In this document: in pieces, positions 50,407-55,007 of the stretch
Layout of the letters: every line of letters starts with the position of its first letter
Position numbering within the stretch: position 1 is the stretch's first letter
DNA from: Bacteroidetes bacterium 4572_128
Lineage (GTDB): Bacteria; Bacteroidota; Bacteroidia; Bacteroidales; 4572-128
Assembly (NCBI GenBank): GCA_002084355.1
Contig: NBLL01000044.1
Span: 1 to 55,007 of the forward strand
Length of the DNA stretch: 55,007 nt
Reading direction: 5' to 3'
Notes under the pieces: model-generated
Told to the model about the DNA's origin: nothing
Seen by the model: only the letters and a program-made list of their open reading frames with translations
Databases searched by the model: none
Position numbers and translations under genes: made by a program

Positions 50407-52253
50407 TACTTTGTTTCCAAAATTTTATTAAAATTTTCTTTTAATTCTACAACTGTAAATGGTAAACCTTGTATTTTATTATACTGCAAATATTCTAAAC
50501 TTGGAAAATTCATACGTAAATAACTTGCAAATTGTCCAAGATTTAATTCTGCAACAACTATTTTTTTAAATTTACTTAAAACATCAAAAGTATTTTTTGG
50601 TAATGGAGCAATATAGTTGAAATGTGCTAATGCAATTTTTTTACCATCTTCTCGCATTTCATTAAGAGCAGTTAAAAGATGTCCATAAGTTCCGCCCCAA
50701 CCAACAATAAGTAAATCAGCATCTTCGTCTCCGTAAATTTTTAATTCTGGAATAAAATTCTCAACTCTTTTAACTTTCTCGGCACGTTGCTTAGACATAA
50801 CTTCATGGTTTTCAGGAACGTAAGAAACTGTACCTGTAATCTCCATTTTTTCTAAACCACCTATTCTATGCTCTAAACCCTTAGCTCCGGGAATAGCCCA
50901 TTTTCTATTTAATTTATCTAACTCTCTTTTATAAGGAAAATATTTCTCTCCTATTTTTGCAAAAGGAGGTTTTATTTTTGGTAATTCCGACATTTTTGGA
51001 ATTCGCCAAGGCTCAGAACCATTTGCAAGAAATCCATCTGTCAATAAAATTACTGGAGTCATATGTTCCACAGCAATTCTACAAGCTTCATAAGCATAAT
51101 AAAAACAATCCGAAGGAGTCGTTGCAGCAATTACAACTGCCGGACTTTCACCATTCCTACCGTAAAGTGCTTGCATTAAATCAGATTGCTCCGTTTTTGT
51201 TGGTAAACCAGTAGAAGGTCCTCCACGTTGAACATTAACAATAACAAGTGGTAATTCTGTAATTACAGCAAGACCGATGGCTTCTCCTTTCAAAGCAAGT
51301 CCAGGTCCAGAAGTTGATGTAACACCTAAATTTCCAGCAAAACTCGCTCCTATTGCTGTGCAAATTCCAGCAATTTCATCTTCCGCTTGAAATGCTTTTA
51401 CTCCTAAATCTTTTCGTCCTGTTAATTCTTGTAAAATTTCACTTGCAGGTGTAATAGGATAAGAACCAAGAAATAATTTTAAATCAGCTCTTTCTGCTCC
51501 CGCAATTAATCCCCAAGCAGTTGCTATATTTCCACTAATATTTCTATAAAAACCTTTTTTTATAGGTGCAGGTGCTACTTTATAATTTCTTGGTAATGCT
51601 TCTATTGTTTCAGCATAATTGAAACCCGCTTTTAAAGCCATCTCGTTAGCTTTCGCTATCTTCGGCAATTTTTTAAATTTCTTTTTAAAGAAATTTATAG
51701 AAACATCTAAAGTCTCATTAAACAACCAATAAATAATTCCAAGAGTAAACATATTCTTACTTCTTAAAACATTTTTAGTAGTCATTCCCATGTCTTTCAA
51801 AGTTTCTTTTGTAAGAAAACTTATAGGAGATTTTATGATATTTCTGTCTTCTAAATTAAGCTCTTCGAAAGGTTTTTCACTTTTGAATTTTGCTTTTTTA
51901 AAATTTTTTTTATTAAAAGTGTCAGAATCAACAATTATCGTCCCTCCTTCTTTAACCCATCTTGCATTTGCTTTCAAAGCCGCAGGATTCATAGCTACAA
52001 GAACATCTGCAAAATCTCCAGGAGTTTTTATTGCTTTGCTACCAAAGTTTAGTTGAAAACCAGAAACACCTCCTACGGTTCCTTGTGGTGCACGAATTTC
52101 AGCTGGATAATCAGGAAAAGTAGAAACATCTTTTCCAACTAATGCAGAAGTATTTGAAAATTGAGTACCGATTAATTGCATACCATCTCCAGAATCTCCG
52201 GAAAATCTTATAACAACTTCCTCAAGTACTATGGTGTCTATTTTTTTACTCAT
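50406..52253 (-). CDS. korA: 2-oxoglutarate:ferredoxin oxidoreductase, alpha subunit.
   Basis: 615 aa. Size and sequence (..RFSGDSGDGMQLIG.., ..GSYPITPASEILQEL.., ..TSGPGLALKGEAIGLA..) are typical of the fused KorA of Bacteroidota. Confidence 0.9.
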   Translation of the reverse strand: MSKKIDTIVLEEVVIRFSGDSGDGMQLIGTQFSNTSALVGKDVSTFPDYPAEIRAPQGTVGGVSGFQLNFGSKAIKTPGDFADVLVAMNPAALKANARWVKEGGTIIVDSDTFNKKNFKKAKFKSEKPFEELNLEDRNIIKSPISFLTKETLKDMGMTTKNVLRSKNMFTLGIIYWLFNETLDVSINFFKKKFKKLPKIAKANEMALKAGFNYAETIEALPRNYKVAPAPIKKGFYRNISGNIATAWGLIAGAERADLKLFLGSYPITPASEILQELTGRKDLGVKAFQAEDEIAGICTAIGASFAGNLGVTSTSGPGLALKGEAIGLAVITELPLVIVNVQRGGPSTGLPTKTEQSDLMQALYGRNGESPAVVIAATTPSDCFYYAYEACRIAVEHMTPVILLTDGFLANGSEPWRIPKMSELPKIKPPFAKIGEKYFPYKRELDKLNRKWAIPGAKGLEHRIGGLEKMEITGTVSYVPENHEVMSKQRAEKVKRVENFIPELKIYGDEDADLLIVGWGGTYGHLLTALNEMREDGKKIALAHFNYIAPLPKNTFDVLSKFKKIVVAELNLGQFASYLRMNFPSLEYLQYNKIQGLPFTVVELKENFNKILETK

Positions 52254-52369
52254 GATTTTAATAAAATCTGTTAGAGTTAATAAAAAATTTTTTTACAAAA
52301 AAAGCAAATTTTTTTAATAAAAAAAAATATTTAATAATAAAAAAAAAAAAAATATAATTTTATATATTT

Positions 52370-52700
52370 TTTTAAAAGTTTAAAAAATTTTTTCAAAAAA
52401 AACGTAAATTTTCATGATTTTTTATATTTAAAAAAATATTTTTTTTTTTTTTCAAAAAACGCCAATTTTTTATGATTTTTAATAATCATAAACTTATGAT
52501 GAATAATTGTGCGGTGAAAACACCGTAAATACGACAACTTTTGTTTATTACTATTTTTTTAATTTTGATGTCGAAATGTTAAAAAAAAAATTTTTCAAAA
52601 AACGTCCAAAATTTTAATATTTTTTAATTTCAAATTAAAAAATATTTTTTTAAAAAAACGCCCAAAATTTTAATATTTAAATAATAATGTGCGAAAAACA
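52370..52700 (-). repeat. Degenerate array units, reverse orientation, interleaved with GC-rich hairpin elements.
   Basis: TTTTCAAAAAAAACGTAAATTTTCATG, TTCAAAAAACGCCAATTTTTTATG, TTTTTCAAAAAACGTCCAAAATTTTAATA and AAAAAAACGCCCAAAATTTTAATA. Confidence 0.8.
52499..52537 (-). repeat. GC-rich hairpin element (reverse orientation relative to the 19224 copy).
   Basis: ATGAATAATTGTGCGGTGAAAACACCGTAAATACGACAA. The first 27 nt are identical to the reverse complement of 19238-19264. A partial further copy lies at about 52686-52715 (GTGCGAAAAACACCGCAATGCGCAT). Confidence 0.75.
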
Positions 52701-52771
52701 CCGCAATGCGCATGGAATAATGAGGAATATGAAAGAATAATGAGAAATTATAATAATAAAAATCTTAAAAC

Positions 52772-52804
52772 AACATTGGAGTTTTTAAAAAAACCTCCAA
52801 TGTT
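52772..52804. repeat. CATTGG hairpin element with the longest stem.
   Basis: AACATTGGAG-TTTTTAAAAAAAC-CTCCAATGTT, a 10-bp stem read directly. Confidence 0.7.
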
Positions 52805-52883
52805 TATTATTTATAAATAATTTTAGAATAAAGAGTTTTATTGTAATTTATTACAATTTGTTAAAAAATTAAAATATAAAGTT

Positions 52884-54170
52884 TTGATTCAGTTTTTTAG
52901 AGAGAATATTTTTTTTTTCCAATCTTTAATTTTATGGGTTTTTATTGGAATTTTTTTAAAAGAATTAACTTATATTATTATACCTCTTTTTTTATTTTAT
53001 TTTAATAAAGAAGAAAAATATATAGAAATACTTATTGGTTTACTTTTTATTTTGACTTTATCTGATAGTCGTCAAGGAGAATTAGCTTTTGCTGCCGAGA
53101 TAAAAACCTTTTTTATTTTATTATTTTTTTACTTTTTTTTATCTGATAAATCTTTTTTCTCTAAAACACCTGATTTTTATAAAAATTTTATTCCGTTTTT
53201 TATTGTTGCTTTTTACTGTTTATTTTACAGTGAAACTTTGCTCTTAGCTTTTCAAAAAACAGTTTCTTATTTACTTTTAGTTATTCTTGTGCCGACTTAT
53301 TTAAGTATTTCTTTTTATCAAAATAAAGAAAAAACTTTACAAATGATAATTTATTTCGGTGCTTTGATTTTATTTTCCGGAATATTATTAAGATTTATTT
53401 TGCCAGATTTCGTATATTTACAAGGACGTTTTTCCGGAATATTAGGAAATCCAAATGGAATGGGAATTTTTTGTCTTTTGTACGGAATAACTTTTTTTAT
53501 TATTACAAAATATCATTCTTATCTTTTTTCAAAAAAAATAAGAAATTTTATAAAAATACTTATTTTTATTTCATTAATTCTGTCTTCTTCCAGAGGAGGA
53601 ATTATTTCTTTATCTTTATTTTTATTTTTTTCTTATTTTTCCAAAATGTCTAATTTTTTAAGTGTAATTATTTTTATTTTAATTTTGGTTTCCTACCAAA
53701 TAATAGTTAGTAATGCTACAGAAATAGTTATTTATTTTGCTTTGGAAGATTATTTTCGTTTAGAAACGCTTGAAGCCGGAGCAGGAAGGTTGGTTGCTTT
53801 TGAATTTGCTTGGGAAAATATACAAGAGAATTTTTATTTTGGAAAAGGATTTTCTTTTTCGGAATTTCTTTTTTTTGAAAACAGAGAAGCATTAAGTATA
53901 CTTGGACATCAAGGTTTAACACATAATTCTTATTTGTCAATTTGGCTTGATACAGGTTTAATTGGTTTATTATTTTTTTTAATTGCTTGGGGCAAAATAA
54001 TTGCTTCTGCAATGAAAAATACTTATATTGCTTTACCTATAGTTTTTGGAGTTTTATTTTCTACAAATATAGAAACCTGGTTATCAGCATCTTTAAATCC
54101 TTTTACTATACAATTATTAATAATTTTTACTTTATTAAACGAAAAATATTTTTTTAAAAATGAAAAATAA
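52884..54170 (+). CDS. O-antigen ligase / O-antigen polymerase (Wzy_C) family membrane protein.
   Basis: 428 aa, polytopic and hydrophobic throughout, with ..SSSRGGIISLSLFLF.. and a loop with GHQGLTHNSYLSIWLDTG resembling the Wzy_C signature. The start (TTG at 52884) is uncertain. Confidence 0.65.
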   Translation: MIQFFRENIFFFQSLILWVFIGIFLKELTYIIIPLFLFYFNKEEKYIEILIGLLFILTLSDSRQGELAFAAEIKTFFILLFFYFFLSDKSFFSKTPDFYKNFIPFFIVAFYCLFYSETLLLAFQKTVSYLLLVILVPTYLSISFYQNKEKTLQMIIYFGALILFSGILLRFILPDFVYLQGRFSGILGNPNGMGIFCLLYGITFFIITKYHSYLFSKKIRNFIKILIFISLILSSSRGGIISLSLFLFFSYFSKMSNFLSVIIFILILVSYQIIVSNATEIVIYFALEDYFRLETLEAGAGRLVAFEFAWENIQENFYFGKGFSFSEFLFFENREALSILGHQGLTHNSYLSIWLDTGLIGLLFFLIAWGKIIASAMKNTYIALPIVFGVLFSTNIETWLSASLNPFTIQLLIIFTLLNEKYFFKNEK

Positions 54171-55007
54171 AAAGATTAAAATCTTATTTTTATATACAGA
54201 ATTAGCTCAATATTTTCTTAGCTGCGTAAACCATTTAACGAATGAGCATAAAAATATAGAAGTTCATATTATTAGATGGAAAATTAATTCTGAAGCACCT
54301 TTTAATTTAAAAACAGGAAAAAATATTTTTTTGCATAAAAGAGAAAATTTTGATGAAAAAAAAATGTTGGCATTTTCAAAAAATTTAGGAATTTCTATTT
54401 TAATTTGCAGTGGCTGGATAGATAAAACTTATTTGAAAATAGCAAAATATTTTTTTAAAAAAATACCAACGGTTTTAATGTTTGACAATAAATGGAAAGG
54501 AAATTTAAAACAATATTTAGCAAGTTTTCTAAGTAGATTTTTTTTATTAAAAAGATTTTCTAATGTTTGGGTTGTTGGCGAGTCTCAAAAAATTTATGCA
54601 AAAAAATTAGGTTTTTCTGATGAAAATATTGGCATAGGTTTTTATTCTGCTGATGTGGATTTTTTTTATAAAATGTTTAAAAAAAATGAACTTTCAAAGA
54701 AAAAAAAATTTCCGAAAAGATTTATTTTTGTTGGTAGATATATAGAAAATAAAGGAATTTTTGATCTATGGAAAGCATTTATAGAATTGCAAAAAGAATA
54801 TCCAAATGATTGGGAACTTTGGTGTCTTGGAGAAGGAGAATTTTTTGATAAAAAAATTGAAAATAAAAAAATTAAACATTTTGGTTTTGTTCAGAAGAAA
54901 GATATTCATAAATTTATAGAAAAAACAGGAGTTTTTATTTTACCAAGTCATTTTGAACCTTGGGGAGTTGTTGTTCATGAATTTGTTTCTGCAGGTTTTC
55001 CTTTGCT
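54160..55007 (+). CDS. Family 1 (GT4-type) glycosyltransferase, 3'-partial at the window edge.
   Basis: Own translation from ATG 54160 gives MKNKKIKILFLYTELAQYFLSC...FVGRYIENKGIFDLWKAF...ILPSHFEPWGVVVHEFVSAGFPL (E-x7-E region). It overlaps the preceding stop by 11 nt. It is absent from the ORF track because it is truncated. Confidence 0.8.
   Translation, partial: MKNKKIKILFLYTELAQYFLSCVNHLTNEHKNIEVHIIRWKINSEAPFNLKTGKNIFLHKRENFDEKKMLAFSKNLGISILICSGWIDKTYLKIAKYFFKKIPTVLMFDNKWKGNLKQYLASFLSRFFLLKRFSNVWVVGESQKIYAKKLGFSDENIGIGFYSADVDFFYKMFKKNELSKKKKFPKRFIFVGRYIENKGIFDLWKAFIELQKEYPNDWELWCLGEGEFFDKKIENKKIKHFGFVQKKDIHKFIEKTGVFILPSHFEPWGVVVHEFVSAGFPL

Noticed and set aside
1-55007. Search for tRNA, rRNA, tmRNA or riboswitch-like G/C-rich structured segments.
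   Set aside because: The only non-coding G/C-containing islands are the short hairpin elements described above. None has cloverleaf-type arms or T-loop (GTTCRANYC) motifs.

Overview
This is an extremely A+T-rich bacterial chromosomal segment: by eye it is well under 30% G+C, and the intergenic DNA is almost pure A/T. The gene content suggests a host-associated member of the Bacteroidota/FCB group. Supporting genes are a T9SS C-terminal-sorting-domain cargo protein, the yceD-rpmF-plsX-fabH block, korAB, ATP-type pckA, a C69 dipeptidase, a 1863-aa thioester alpha-2-macroglobulin, signal-peptide WD40 proteins, and an O-antigen-ligase/glycosyltransferase locus at the right edge. Three things stand out. 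(1) About 15 intergenic loci, roughly 5.4 kb or a tenth of the window by my boundaries, are tandem arrays of one 50-60-bp A/T unit with a short G/C-bearing core (consensus AAAATTTTGGACGATTTTTGAAAAA). The arrays occur in both orientations, each is locally homogenised, and three small conserved hairpin families sit in or beside them. (2) The defence-type genes each sit as a cassette between such arrays. The most interesting is a two-gene operon encoding a GHKL (MORC/Hsp90-like) ATPase plus a small PD-(D/E)xK nuclease (39828-41917), which I cannot assign to a named defence system. The others are a beta-class DNA methyltransferase fused to an Mrr-like nuclease domain and a PKD-like domain, and several small HsdR_N-like nucleases. 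(3) At least 11 of about 40 protein-coding loci are disrupted: holB, pckA, pepD, cheA, an MMPL/RND exporter, an AddB-like nuclease, a RemB/Wzi-like outer-membrane protein, an esterase, a HI0933-family flavoprotein, a WD40 paralog and an HsdR_N/DUF5655 gene. Some breaks are one-base deficits in homopolymers, which could be assembly error or slippage-rescued. Others are multi-codon deletions or an in-frame TAA, which are real decay. I recognised no rRNA, tRNA, CRISPR array, transposase or integrase.
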